From the NCBI RefSeq assembly GCF_006345805.1, contig NW_021836000.1, positions 62,001 through 126,000 on the forward strand: a DNA stretch of 64,000 bases, given 5' to 3'. Below the pieces are notes generated by a model. The model was not told the DNA's origin, made no database searches, and saw only the letters and a list, made by a program, of their open reading frames with translations. Shown piece after piece: positions 37,032 to 48,432 of the stretch. The DNA comes from Octopus sinensis (taxonomy: Eukaryota). The translations under genes were made by a program, and so were the position numbers. Position 1 is the first letter of the stretch. Each line of letters begins with the position of its first letter.

Positions 37032-38580
37032 CAGTACGACCCCGGTTTGGGGCAGACCCCATGGGTGGGGCACCCTCGGGTTTTGGGGCACCCCCGCTTT
37101 TAGGGGCAGTTTTTGAAAACAGTAAATTTTTCATTCTATTATTTATTTTTGATGACCCCGGTTTGGGGCACTTATTTAATTTATTTAATTACAAAATGTT
37201 AGTTTATTTATTAATTATTAATTAATACTATTATTTCACGTGTTTATTTTGACTTTAGTATGGTTCGTAAAAAGAATTCAAAGATTAATTATGAAACAAA
37301 AATTAAAATCGCTAAAGATATAAAACATGGTCAATTTTCAGAAAGAGATCTTGCTAAAAAGTATAAAACGAGCAAAGGTATCTTTTTTAACTAATTATTA
37401 ATTACAGGTACTATTTCTCGCATTAAACAAAATTTTGTTTATTATTTTGACGCGGGATTAACTGAATCCGATAGAATCAAGGAATCACATGATCCAAATA
37501 ATGAATTAGATAGATTAGTTTTTGAAACTTTTCTACGTCTGAGAGATGAATTTCTTCCAATTTCTGGAACTATCTTAAAACTGATTGCAAAAAAATTATC
37601 TAAAAAGATAAATTATGAATCATTTAAGGCATCAAATGGATCATTTAAAAATAAAAGGCTGTTAGTGAGGGTATAATTAAGACCTTCGGCATTTCTGCCT
37701 TTTCAGTCCCGCACACACGCTCGCCTCTCAGCCGCAAACTAAGACTTACCGTCTTACCTGCCACCCAGACATTATCTTTTCTAAGACCTCAGAGAGGCCT
37801 TTGAGCGACAATTCCTGGGTGTCCGTGAGCTCCACTCGCCATCCTAAGCCATGGGCTAGCCGGATGGCTCGTCTTCTGACTTTCTTAAGCGCGTCAACGT
37901 ACTTCTCTCGGTCCTCACTTGCTAATCCGGATGAACTTGATGAATTCTATTCCACTCTCACAAATTTCAATGTCAATCTTAGACAAGTCATTACAGTTGT
38001 CGGGGAGGCATGGAAAATGATGTCAGAGACAACGATAATTAATTGCTGGCAGAAAATAAATGAAAACAGATCAAAAATTTCGGATAATGTACAGTTGGAC
38101 GAAGAATTAATAGATGACGTGATTTCAGATGTTATTTCAATGGATTCGACAGATATTATTGAGGACAAAATTACTTATGATGGATATGAATCTAAAAAAT
38201 CATCAATTAAAGAAATCATAAACATCGTGAATTCTCTAGAAGATAATATTTTCAGTACATGTCCACAATTTTTGAAAATCTACTACGAATTTAGAAAAAA
38301 CCTATCAGGAGAACTGAAAAAAAACCAATTCGGTGAGAAAATTACTGATTACTTTTAATAGTATTTTTTGTTGGATTTATTAAAATTTTTAAATTTTATT
38401 AAGAAAGGACTATGTTAGAATTTTTATTAATATTAAATAATTTTAATTTATAGTCTAAAATGCAATAAAAATCTATTGAGGAGAAAATAAAAGCAAAAAA
38501 TCTTTACCCTCGCATTTTGGGGCACCCCCGCTTTTTGGGGCACTATGATAAAAATGCTGCCCCAAACCGGGGTCGTACTG
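37032..38580 (+). mobile_element. pogo/Tigger-like element with perfect 24-bp TIRs and TA TSD; DDE core deleted
   Basis: TA|CAGTACGACCCCGGTTTGGGGCAG...CTGCCCCAAACCGGGGTCGTACTG|TA. ORF from 37260 with 30-nt intron 37378-37407 gives ..KYKTSK|GTISRIK..LPISG..FKASNG; C-terminal AW..TIINCWQK. Confidence 0.92.
37645..37918 (-). mobile_element. Short 3' fragment of the 35385-36150 LINE nested in the pogo element
   Basis: Near-identical sequence; it replaces the pogo catalytic region. Confidence 0.9.
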
Positions 38581-38669
38581 TAATAGCATTTATTGGTTAT
38601 TCAATAAATATTGATCACGTAATAGTACTCAGATAAGATAAAAAATCAATTCAAAAAATAAAACTACCA

Positions 38670-40040
38670 AAATGGCAAATCCGGTATCTATTTTACTGAT
38701 TGGAATGTAAAAACATTTCACAAAACAAAATTAAATTAGGAAATAAACAATTAATGCATATTACAATATTGATAAGACAAACTCAGAACTAACAATTATA
38801 AACAATCGAAAGTCCTGCGCAAATATTAATATGCATTCATTTGAAATAATATGAATAATAATATGAATTAATATTTACAAAATGTGAAAAGTAAAAAAAT
38901 GTGCCACGTTATAATAAATAGTAAAATATTATGTAAAATTTTATTATATTTATTCGAATTATTAAAAAAATTTAATAACAAAAATAAATAATTTTTTAAA
39001 AGTTTAATAGCATAGGAAGAATATTTTACCAAATTCGCCAAAAAAATTTTTCCCTGAAACAATGCATTGTTCACACTGATGGTCTGATTAGGCACTTGTG
39101 TGCACGTTTTTTCGATATTTTGACAGGCAAATGTATAAGCGGGAAACTATTCGGTATGAAAAACAGTGATATATAAATTTAATCATGTTTTTTTACATTC
39201 TGAGATCAACTTGAAAACTCTACAAACTGACAGAACTAAACATACTTAAGCACGCAAATCTTATTTTTGGAAAACGCAAATAAATCACAAGCAATGTTGA
39301 TTTCCAATTCTGAAATTGTTTATGGAACAAACAGGCTGTGAACAAATATAAAAAGCCTGCTTTAACTTACTCCCCTTCCCATCGAATTAAAAACAGAAAT
39401 GACTTATGCAAAATGCCAGGTCTACATTCAATCCTCTATCCAGTTAGTAAGCTGTCGCTTTGTTTGACAGACTAGAAAGAAATGACAGAACTGCTCGGGT
39501 TATTCTCATTACCTGGGACTACTCATCAATAAACCAACGTTGATTTATTAGAAAATAGACATCTGACGGATGTCTGAGTAGGGACTCTCGTCGAGGTAGA
39601 TTATCCTCATGTGGGAGGAGTTGGTCCTCACTCAACATTTTAAGTAATGAGACAAGTTGTGTCATTTCGAATACTCCTTGAGTATATACTCCCCAGTAAA
39701 TGTATCCACTGTCACTTTGGGTGTCTTTGAACGTGAAGACTTTTCCTATACTGAAGACATGTCTTCTTTCTTACCGGAAGGAAAGAGTGAGTTGGCTGAG
39801 GTTTTTCCACAAATATGGACTATGTGGAATACTGGCCGACGATATGGGAAGACACTCCAAGTACTAGTCTCCCTCCATAGCCACTACAAGTCCAATTTTA
39901 TTGGTAAGAAATCTTTCTCGACATTTTGTCAGGACTGTATTGTACCTTAGAAATCAGGATGTCAGGTCTAACCTCAGGATGTGTTCCATTAGAGGGCTGA
40001 TTGAATAAAAATCTATCTCAAGGTCTTTTTGCAGTAATCA
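38670..40040 (+). repeat. Third, more diverged copy of the ~5340-6740 / ~20020-21420 segment
   Basis: Colinear nucleotide paralogy. Confidence 0.9.
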
Positions 40041-40059
40041 ATGTTATAGGTGCTTTAGT

Positions 40060-40800
40060 GGCCATTAATTTTTTGGACAATGAAAGAATTCAGCTAGATC
40101 TTGTAGATCTAAAAAAGTTTTCAGTCGTAAATAATAATCACAAATGGATTTTAACAGTCATCGATGTTTATAGTAGGTTTGTAGTAGGTCTCTCAACAAT
40201 TTATTCAGATTTGCATTTGTCAGACCACTTTCTTCAAAAGAAGTATGCAACAACTTAAGATCACTTTTCTGCCTATATGGACATTGCAAAATTTTGCAAT
40301 CAGATAATTTTTCAGATTTCAAGAATGTGTCTCTGAAACAGTTCTAACGAATATTGATTTTTTAAGTACCGGGGGAAAAAACCTAGTCTTAGGTACCGCG
40401 AGCACAAAAAGGTTGGGAAACGCTGATATAAAGAAACACTAGAAAAAATCAAAGAAATAAAGGACCCCAACTTTGATACATCGTCAATCGAGCGGGATGA
40501 ACGATACAGGCTCACAAATCGGGAAGAAAATTTTATTTTGAAACATATTTTCGAATGGGTTAAATTACGTTTTTCTGTGATGAAATCGAATTAAGTGCGT
40601 TGAGGCGCAACTTAATAAATAAAAGTTAGGCGGAACATAACCACTTTGGGAGAGATCGGCTTTTTTCGAAATTAAGAAATCTCAAATATGGATTGAATAG
40701 AGAAGAAATCTGTAAGGTGATTTTGTTTTGTGCTTTCTGTCTGGTAATAACTCCTTTCAGTAAATATTTCTAGTCCAAAAAAATTATTGTCTACGAATCC
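40060..40800 (+). pseudogene. Two Ginger-like integrase fragments (core, then N-terminal)
   Basis: RIQLDLVD..WILTVIDVYSR|FAFVRPL..ILQSDN (intron 40177-40208) and EHNHFGRDR..REEIC..CAFCL|SKK (intron 40744-40773). Confidence 0.75.
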
Positions 40801-40864
40801 TCCAATTACGTGTAAAGTTAGGCGTTTGTTTAATATGTGTAAAGTTAAGGGCATTTATTTAATA

Positions 40865-41715
40865 TGTCACATGGGTGATCAGACCCCTATGGGCAACCTG
40901 GCCTTTACGTGTTTCCATGGCAACTACATAGCAAATATTTACTAAAAGGCCAACTAAAATAAAGACAATCGATCCGAACTAATGATTGAACTTTAAATTT
41001 TTGAGAAAATGATGTTTTATATTTGAACCATGCTTGCTTTAAAATAATAAAATTCTTTACAACATTAGCAAATTATAACGTGAATTATTTTTATTTTTGA
41101 TAATATAAATTGCAACATTAGCAAATTATAATTTACATCAAATTTTTTGCAAAGTTTGTAACAACTTTAACTCTAACCTTAACCCAAACCCTAACGTTGG
41201 CAAGTGACAACATAAATATTCAAAATCTAAACCCTAACCTTAACCCAAACCCTAACGTTGGCAAGTGCCAACATAAATATTCAAAATCTAACCCTGACCT
41301 TAACCCAAACCCTAACTCGAAATTAAATGATGTTTCTGCTGACGATTCTTCAGACATTTTTTACAAAAATTGGAAGCCTTTTTGGCCAACCGGTGTTTGC
41401 TTCGAGCATTCATATCCTCCGGGAATATCCCGATTAACGCTTCCTTAATTTGATTGTATTCGTTAATATTTCTGACGTAACCCTTAAACCCAGACATCAC
41501 AAAGTGTGAGTAACCACGCTGTTAAAATTAATATACTTTTGGGTAAGCCATTTTTAAAAGATAATTCAAATGTAATTTTAAATTAGAATAATTGATTAAT
41601 CTACACTCTTCCATATATAAATTGCTATATTCAATATTTAATACCTTTTCTGCGGTTTCCATAGAAACACGTAAAAGGACTGGCTGCCCATAGCGACATA
41701 GTCGCCCATGTGACA
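40865..41715 (-). mobile_element. 851-bp TGT...ACA Ginger-like deletion derivative with 5-bp TSD TAATA
   Basis: Imperfect ~60-bp TIRs starting TGTCACATGGG; TSD at 40860-40864 and 41716-41720. Retains N-terminal transposase codons (ORF 41312-41500) and CCCTAA-like repeats. Confidence 0.9.
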
Positions 41716-41793
41716 TAATATGTGTGAAGTTAGAGGCGTTTGTTTAATATGTGTTATATTGATGTTATAAAAAATTATATTATAATTTTTCCC

Positions 41794-42704
41794 ATGTTTA
41801 TTGTAGGTAGTACATACGAAACAACTTTAAGAGAACTTCTAGGAAGTGATACAATCGGGATAATATCATTTTTTAAGGCAAAAGGACTAATGAAATCAAA
41901 AATGATGTGTGTTTACTGCATAAAAGAAATGGTTTGGGTTTTCAAGCGTACCTTATCTGACCAATATACTTGGAAATGTCAGAATCAAAACTGTTCAAAA
42001 TACAAGACCACATTGTCAATACGAACAGGTTCTGTTTTGACTACTTCGAGTATAAGTCTCAAAACATGGTTAGATATTTTGTATAGGTGGAGCAATGAAG
42101 AATCAATTGTTATGATTAAAAAATCACTGACTGTATCATCTCCAACACTTATATAAATTTTTAAAACCATTAGAAAATGTATTAACAAACACTTTGAAAG
42201 TAATCCCGTATAATTGGGTGGAGAAAATGTAGTCTGCCAAATCGATGAAAGTCTCTTTTGTCATAAACAAAAGTACCATCGGGGTAGACTAGCTAATTCT
42301 CAAGTGTGGGTATTCGGTATTGTTGATACCTCATTTTCACCGGCAAAAGGTTTTATGCGAGTAGTTCCAAATCGATCAGGGCCACTTTAAAACCAATTAT
42401 CTGTGAAGTGATTCTGCCAGGATCAATTATCCATAGTGATGAATGGAGGGCCTATTCCAATTTGAATGTTTTTGGGTATGACCACGCTACTGTAAACCAC
42501 TCAATTAACTTTATTGAACCAACCACCGGTGTTCATACCCAACATGTGTAGTCCTATTGGAATAAAAACAAATTGAATAAAAAAGATGTCAAAAAAGAAT
42601 TTTTACAAGACTACCTAAACGAATTTATGTGGCGTGACAACGTAATTGGTGATCCTTTTGAAAAGTTAATGGAGCTTTTGAAAAATTATTATGTTGTTCA
42701 ATAA
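41794..42704 (+). pseudogene. Merlin transposase, second copy with extra stops
   Basis: Near-identical to 26219-27138, shares the same frameshift, and has additional TAA/TAG codons. Confidence 0.9.
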
Positions 42705-42789
42705 ACTTGTTTCTAAAGTATAGTATTTATTTATAAATTTGATTTTTAGTTTTACATTATTTTAATGTTTTCGTCGAATGTTTGACATG

Positions 42790-43045
42790 TATAAATTTAG
42801 GGGCGTTTGTTTAATATGTGTAAATTTAGGGGCGTTTGTTTAATATGTGTAAATTTAGGGGCGTTTGTTTAATATGTGTAAATTTAGGGGCGTTTGTTTA
42901 ATATGTGTAAATTTAGGGGCGTTTGTTTAATATGTGTAAATTTAGGGGCGTTTGTTTAATATGTGTAAATTTAGGGGCGTTTGTTTAATATGTATGAATT
43001 TAAGGGCGTTTGTTTGATATGTGTAAATTTGGGGCGTTTGTTTAA
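42790..43045. repeat. 29-bp tandem repeat (~9 copies)
   Basis: Unit AATTTAGGGGCGTTTGTTTAATATGTGTA. Related units in the same orientation at 40810-40864, 41716-41757 and 26141-26180. Confidence 0.95.
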
Positions 43046-43500
43046 TGTGATCCAAAACATGTACGTGGGAAGCCTCATGCTCCTTTGATACAAGGGTAAG
43101 TCGAGAGGTTAATGATTTAAAATCGATTTGTAGATTCAATCAAAGCATAAAACGCTGGATATCGTCGGCAAGTTCTTCTCGAAAATGTTTTGGACGATAT
43201 TTCCCATTTTATATATTCATGGGTATTGAAAATCCTGGAAGGATTGATGAAGCGGAAATTTAGCAACTTATAGCTTATGATTCGATAGGATTATCAAATG
43301 TTCGATAAAGTGCATTAGAAAATTTAATAATTGCTGACGAAAAAAAAGTTGAAAAAAGAAATTATCATAAAAATAAACATTACACACAGCAAGATTTATC
43401 TCTTTACAGTGCAACCCCTTATTGGGCGACCCCGGACGTGGGGCACCCTCGGGTTTTGGGGCAATTTGAATTTCTATTATGAGTTTTTCTGTTTATTCTT

Positions 43501-45153
43501 CCGAATCTCTAGAGCCATGAATAAACAAGCCTCTATTTCGGCCATGTGGACGATGCTGAGACGCTTAAAGAATCCTGACGAGCGTAAAACAGAAACATAC
43601 CAGCTCAATCTAAACAATTTTATGAAACACTGTGTCAAGATTAGTCATATTCCTTATAAAAAAAATGAACTCACAGCCAAGATTAGAATCAAAGCCATCC
43701 AAAAGGCCCCCGACGACTTATTTTCTTCCTGAAGAGGTGTCTGAAACCATCTCGAATCAGAAGAAAACAAACTCATGTGGACCAAATGGAATTCCAATTA
43801 TTCTACTAAAACCCTTGGGCCCAGTTTCAATAAATGCTTTAACCACGATCTATAACACATCATTATTCACGAACTCTATACCGAACTTATGGAAACTATC
43901 AAAAATCCGGCCAATATTAAAACCTGGAAGAGGGAAAAACGACCCCGGCTCCTATAGATCAATATCCCTTATATGTGTGCTGTCAAGAATCTTGGAAAAA
44001 CTGGTCCTAAAACATATTCGCCCTTTCCTCCCACAATCCACATTCCAACATGGATTCAAGGAAGGATTGTCAACGACCTCCTTCCTCACCACACTAACAG
44101 ATTTCATAAATGAAGGACACAAAAAGAAGAAATTGCAGGAGAAATCAATTGTATGCACTATCGACATTCAAAAAGCGTTTGACTCCGTCCCAAGGAAGAT
44201 CCTAATTCAAAAGATATTTGGTACAAATATTTCTACACCTATGAAACTATGGATAGCGAATTTTTTGAGCGGACGTCGTGGGAAAGTGTGCGTCGGGAAC
44301 GAGAGTTCAAGATCACGCTTTTTGCCCAATGGTGTACCCCAGGGTTCTCCTTTATCCCCGACCCTCTTCAACTTGTTTCTGAATGATCTCCCGGTTCCTA
44401 TGGATAATAATGACATACTACTCTCCTATGCCGATGACATAGTTGTCGCATCTAGAGATGTAAATGTCGAATACGCGAAGGAAAGACTACAAAGAATACT
44501 GGACGACTTATATGGATGGCTATATGAAAACAGACTACATGCATGTTCCGAAAAGTCAGCAGTCACTCTATTCACGAAAAACAGGAAAATGGGGACGAAA
44601 ACTATTGAAGTCACGCTGAATGGAGTCCCAATACCACAAAAGAAAACACAGAAGATATTGGGTGTAACGTTTGATATTTTCCTCTGTTTTTCACCTCATG
44701 TTGAATCGATTGTGTCAACCTGTATAAAGAAAATCAATTTTGTGAAAGCCTTCCTTTGGAACTGCGGGAGAGCTTATCCGCCAGGGGTAGAGACCCTTTA
44801 CAAGCAGTATATCGAGTCAACAATAGGCTATGCATGTGCTGCTTGGGGCTGTAACCTGGCGGCAACGAACCAACTAAAAATCGAAAAAATCCAAGAAAAA
44901 TCTATAAACCTACTGAAGGACCATACCGACAGGAAAATTGTCCATCAAACACTGGAGTCTCTCGTAGAGGCAAATGGGGGGGATCGTGGAGATGGACCAC
45001 AAAAATTTCACCGTACATACAGAAAGTGTGTGGGGTCACGGTCTGAACATCGTGAAAAGATAGCTCGACTGTTGAGAAGTGTCGGAATCACCTGAACACG
45101 TTAGTTAATGGTTAAGACGGTGATTCTGTTTTTTGGCTTAAATGTTTTTTGGC
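43501..45153 (+). mobile_element. Jockey/I-like LINE, 5'-truncated, flanked by a 32-bp direct repeat
   Basis: AATTTCTATTA(T/G)GAGTTTTTCTGTTTATTCTT at 43469-43500 and 45154-45185; inserted just inside a pogo-like left end at 43407. Confidence 0.8.
43632..45095 (+). CDS. Non-LTR reverse transcriptase (487-aa open frame)
   Basis: GPNGIP, WKLSKIRPILKPG, SYRSISL, QHGFK, DIQKAFDSV, GVPQGSPLSPTLF, YADD, ILGVTFD. Confidence 0.92.
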   Translation: MSRLVIFLIKKMNSQPRLESKPSKRPPTTYFLPEEVSETISNQKKTNSCGPNGIPIILLKPLGPVSINALTTIYNTSLFTNSIPNLWKLSKIRPILKPGRGKNDPGSYRSISLICVLSRILEKLVLKHIRPFLPQSTFQHGFKEGLSTTSFLTTLTDFINEGHKKKKLQEKSIVCTIDIQKAFDSVPRKILIQKIFGTNISTPMKLWIANFLSGRRGKVCVGNESSRSRFLPNGVPQGSPLSPTLFNLFLNDLPVPMDNNDILLSYADDIVVASRDVNVEYAKERLQRILDDLYGWLYENRLHACSEKSAVTLFTKNRKMGTKTIEVTLNGVPIPQKKTQKILGVTFDIFLCFSPHVESIVSTCIKKINFVKAFLWNCGRAYPPGVETLYKQYIESTIGYACAAWGCNLAATNQLKIEKIQEKSINLLKDHTDRKIVHQTLESLVEANGGDRGDGPQKFHRTYRKCVGSRSEHREKIARLLRSVGIT

Positions 45154-45218
45154 AATTTCTATTAGGAGTTTTTCTGTTTATTCTTTATAAGATAATCCCC
45201 GTTATGGGGCATTTAATA

Positions 45219-45465
45219 TGTCACATGCCCCACGCGTTACCATTGCTCTAAATTTTTAAAATTTCAATTAAAAATATTTAGATGATTGAAATATATTTAC
45301 TTATTAATTTAAAAATTAATAATATTATGGATTTTATTTTTCAATGCTTAACCATTAAAATTAAAAAACAATAAATTAAGCATGCTGTTTAATGTCGGGG
45401 TTAGGGCTAGGGTAAAGGTTAGGGTCAGGATTAGGGTTAGGATTAGTGTAAAGGTTAGGGTTTGA
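45219..45465 (+). mobile_element. End of another TGTCACATG element with a TTAGGG-like patch (45391-45465)
   Basis: TAATA|TGTCACATGCCCC...; GGGTTAGGGCTAGGGTAAAGGTTAGGGTCAGGATTAGGGTTAGG. The other end was not found. Confidence 0.6.
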
Positions 45466-45849
45466 AAAAATTTGAAAGTGCTTGTTGTGATACTGTCACG
45501 ATCAAATCAATCTTACCTAATAACCGCGTTAATGTAGAATTTTCAAATGGAGATACAAAGATAGTTTACAAGAAATGAATCAAATAAAGGACAAAATAAT
45601 TAATTTTAAATTTTATAAACTATCAAATTATGTTACTTTAAAGCTTTTCACACAATTCACATTATTTAAAGTATGTTTTAATGTCCGTAGCAGTCATAAT
45701 GTTTTGTTGTATTAAAAATATTATTTTAATTTATTTATTTTAAAGCATCTTTTAGTATATCATTAAATTGTACTCTAATTAACTTTATATATAATTTGAA
45801 TTTATGACCTTATGATTGATTTTTTAATTTTTCTAAAAAATGAAAAATC

Positions 45850-46837
45850 ATATTTCTCAGAGGTAACGAGTGGAACAAGTTTTAAATAAATTCAAGACAA
45901 GCAAAGAAACTATTTCTAGAATCAAACGAGAAATATGTAATTTTGATGGATGTGAAGGTTCTGAGGGCTTCAGAGAACCCGATGATAGTGATAAACATTC
46001 ATTTCTCGACAAGGTCGTTTTTACTTCATTTCAAAAGTAATAATTAAGTTGCATAAATTTCTATAGATTAAGAAATGATAATTTAGTAGTTTCCGGACCA
46101 TTATTACAATCTACTGCCAAGAAAGCAGCTCAAATTTTAAATTTACCAGAATTTAAAGCTTCCAATGGATTGCTTGATCGTTTTAAGAAACGGCATCAAC
46201 TTTTTTTTAAAACAATTTCTGGTGAAAAAAAGGTGTCCACTGACAAATCCGCCCTACTCAGAATTAGAGATTGCACCGGATAAACTTGGAGAATGGTTCT
46301 TAATCATGAACACGGACAAGACTGACGTGGTCGAAGTATCACGCTCGGATACCCAAACTATGGAAAAATGGAGACTTTCGAAGAAGCTTGGCTCTCTGCT
46401 TGGAGACCGAGAAGACATCATGCGGAGAAAGCTACTGGCCGCTGTTGCTCTAAAATCCGTCATGAAAGATTGGCTACGATATTGCCCCGGAAACGAATTA
46501 TATGACGGAGTTATAAAATGTCAATCTATCAAGAAACTAATTTTTTAAATTAATGCAATGGAAGATGGCATTTTTCAGCATGCTCCAGAGATATTAAATA
46601 AATTTTATAATTTTAAGTTGACAATTGATCGATTAATTCAAAAGTACAAATTCGGAGCGAAAATAACGGATCATTTCCCGGCAAGTAAAGACTAAAATTG
46701 CTAAATGAAATTAAGAATAAACATCTTTTGGTTTTAAATTTACAAAACGTTAGTTTTTTCGTTAATATTACAAAACCCCTCTATCTGGGAAACCCCTGTT
46801 TTTGGGGCACTAGGTGCCCCAAAAAGAGGTTAGACTG
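45850..46837 (+). mobile_element. pogo-like element remnant with 30-nt intron and a nested LINE fragment (~46240-46530)
   Basis: KFKTSKETISRIK; SFQK|LRND..VSGPLLQ..FKASNGLLDRFKKRH..SGE (intron 46037-46066); right TIR ..GAGGTTAGACTG|TA. Nested segment reads KKLGSLLGDREDIMRRK. Confidence 0.75.
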
Positions 46838-46839
46838 TA

Positions 46840-47150
46840 TTTCAAAACAAATCTAGGCCTTTTTGCATAATCTGCAAAATTTCTTTGGCGAATAGTTCAA
46901 TGAAATTATCAAGATTAATACACCATTTGAGAACTAGACATCTAAATCTAGTCGGATCTTCGTTTGAATATTTTCAAAATATAAAAAACAAGATTGATGA
47001 ACCTACAACTCTTCAAAAGTTACTCACTCATCGTGCTCTTGCGCGAAAAAGGTTGAGAATCAGTTTTAGCTTACGATTCGACAGAATTATCAAATGTTCG
47101 ATAAAGTGCATTAGAAAATTTAATAATTGCTGGGGAAAAAAAAGTTGAAA
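46840..47150 (+). pseudogene. hAT Buster-type N-terminal (BED-like) fragment
   Basis: C.ICK.SLANSSMKLSRLIHHLRTRH. Confidence 0.6.
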
Positions 47151-47562
47151 AAAAAATTATCATAAAAATAGACATTACATACAGCATGATTTATCTCTTT
47201 ATTTCAATGTTTCTCTGGGCTGCATAAACAAAATTCTGAATAAACTGAAAACTCGACAAGTTAACAAAATTAAAAAATTCCAGTCGGAAATGTAAACCAA
47301 GCGAAATTGGACAAAAACAAAGATGGAAAATCAGATTTCCAGTAAAATGTTAACATTTGAATTTTATGCACATAGGGGCGGCCAAAGTTAAAATAAAGCA
47401 TTTCGGAACACAAATTGAAAAGTCAATATTTTACAAAAATTTAAGAATTATGAATAATAAAGAGATTAAAAAGTAATATTTTACAAAGATTTAATCAAAT
47501 TTTGATCAAAACAAAAAATGCAAGAAAATAAAGTTGATAAATCGTGAAATATCAATAAAAAT

Positions 47563-48432
47563 GGTACTTTTGTCGAAGTGGTCGCAGTTTTTTTAGGCCT
47601 TTTAAAAAATCTAATAATTTTTGAGGTGGAATATATTATATTTTATTTAAGTCGCTCTATCAATAATTTAAAATATTATTAAATTTTTTACTAATTTATT
47701 TTCTAATTTTTTTAATATTATGGCGAGCATGTACCTAATATTGATATAAACTGGCACTATAGGTCACATGGAAAATTCTGTTGTGGACTTATGCAACATC
47801 AAATTCCGACAGCTCCCAATAAGTAAGGATAGGAGCAGAGAAACACTGCTCAGTCTAGTAATTCGATATGTCGAGGTGGGAAGCATTATTTATAGTGACT
47901 GCTGGAAAGGTTAGCATTATTTGATTAACATTTAGGGTATTCAACTGATCAATTGGTTGAAAACGGCTACACACACGAAACCGTTAACCATAAGTAAGGA
48001 AATATAATATATTCAGAAAATTCTTTGTGGATCCAACGACGGGAGTGCACACCCAGACAGTAGAACGAATGTGGGGAAGTGCAAAATGCAAGAATAAAGC
48101 TCAAAGAGGAGCTGTAAGACATCATCTGGGATCTTATTTCGCAGGTTTTTTTAGTTAGTTATTTTTTCAGAATTTATGTGGCGAAAACAAATACAGAACT
48201 ATAAGGAATCTTTTGCACAGATTGTAAAAGACATAAATTCCTTCTACAGTCCTGGAATTTGGATGCCGCGTACTAAAATGACTAAATTGGTTAAATAAAT
48301 TTTTAAATAATTTTAATAACCATTTAAATTAGTGATAGAGGGTTATAAATTAAATAATCTATTTTTCACTAAAAAAATTAATTAATTTTAATTATCTTCT
48401 AAAAAAACTGCGACCACTTCGACAAAAGTACC
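47563..48432 (+). mobile_element. 870-bp Merlin element with perfect 34-bp TIRs, 8-bp TSD and three introns
   Basis: ATAAAAAT|GGTACTTTTGTCGAAGTGGTCGCAGTTTTTTTAG...CTAAAAAAACTGCGACCACTTCGACAAAAGTACC|ATAAAAAT. Spliced frame DRSRETL..GSIIYSDCWKG|YS..VNHK|KFFVDPTTGVHTQTVERMW..YFAE|FMWR. Confidence 0.95.

Noticed and set aside
42790-43045. 29-bp, 41-bp (58297) and 60-bp (25599) repeats as CRISPR arrays
   Set aside because: Head-to-tail units without unique spacers, no cas genes, and a eukaryotic context.
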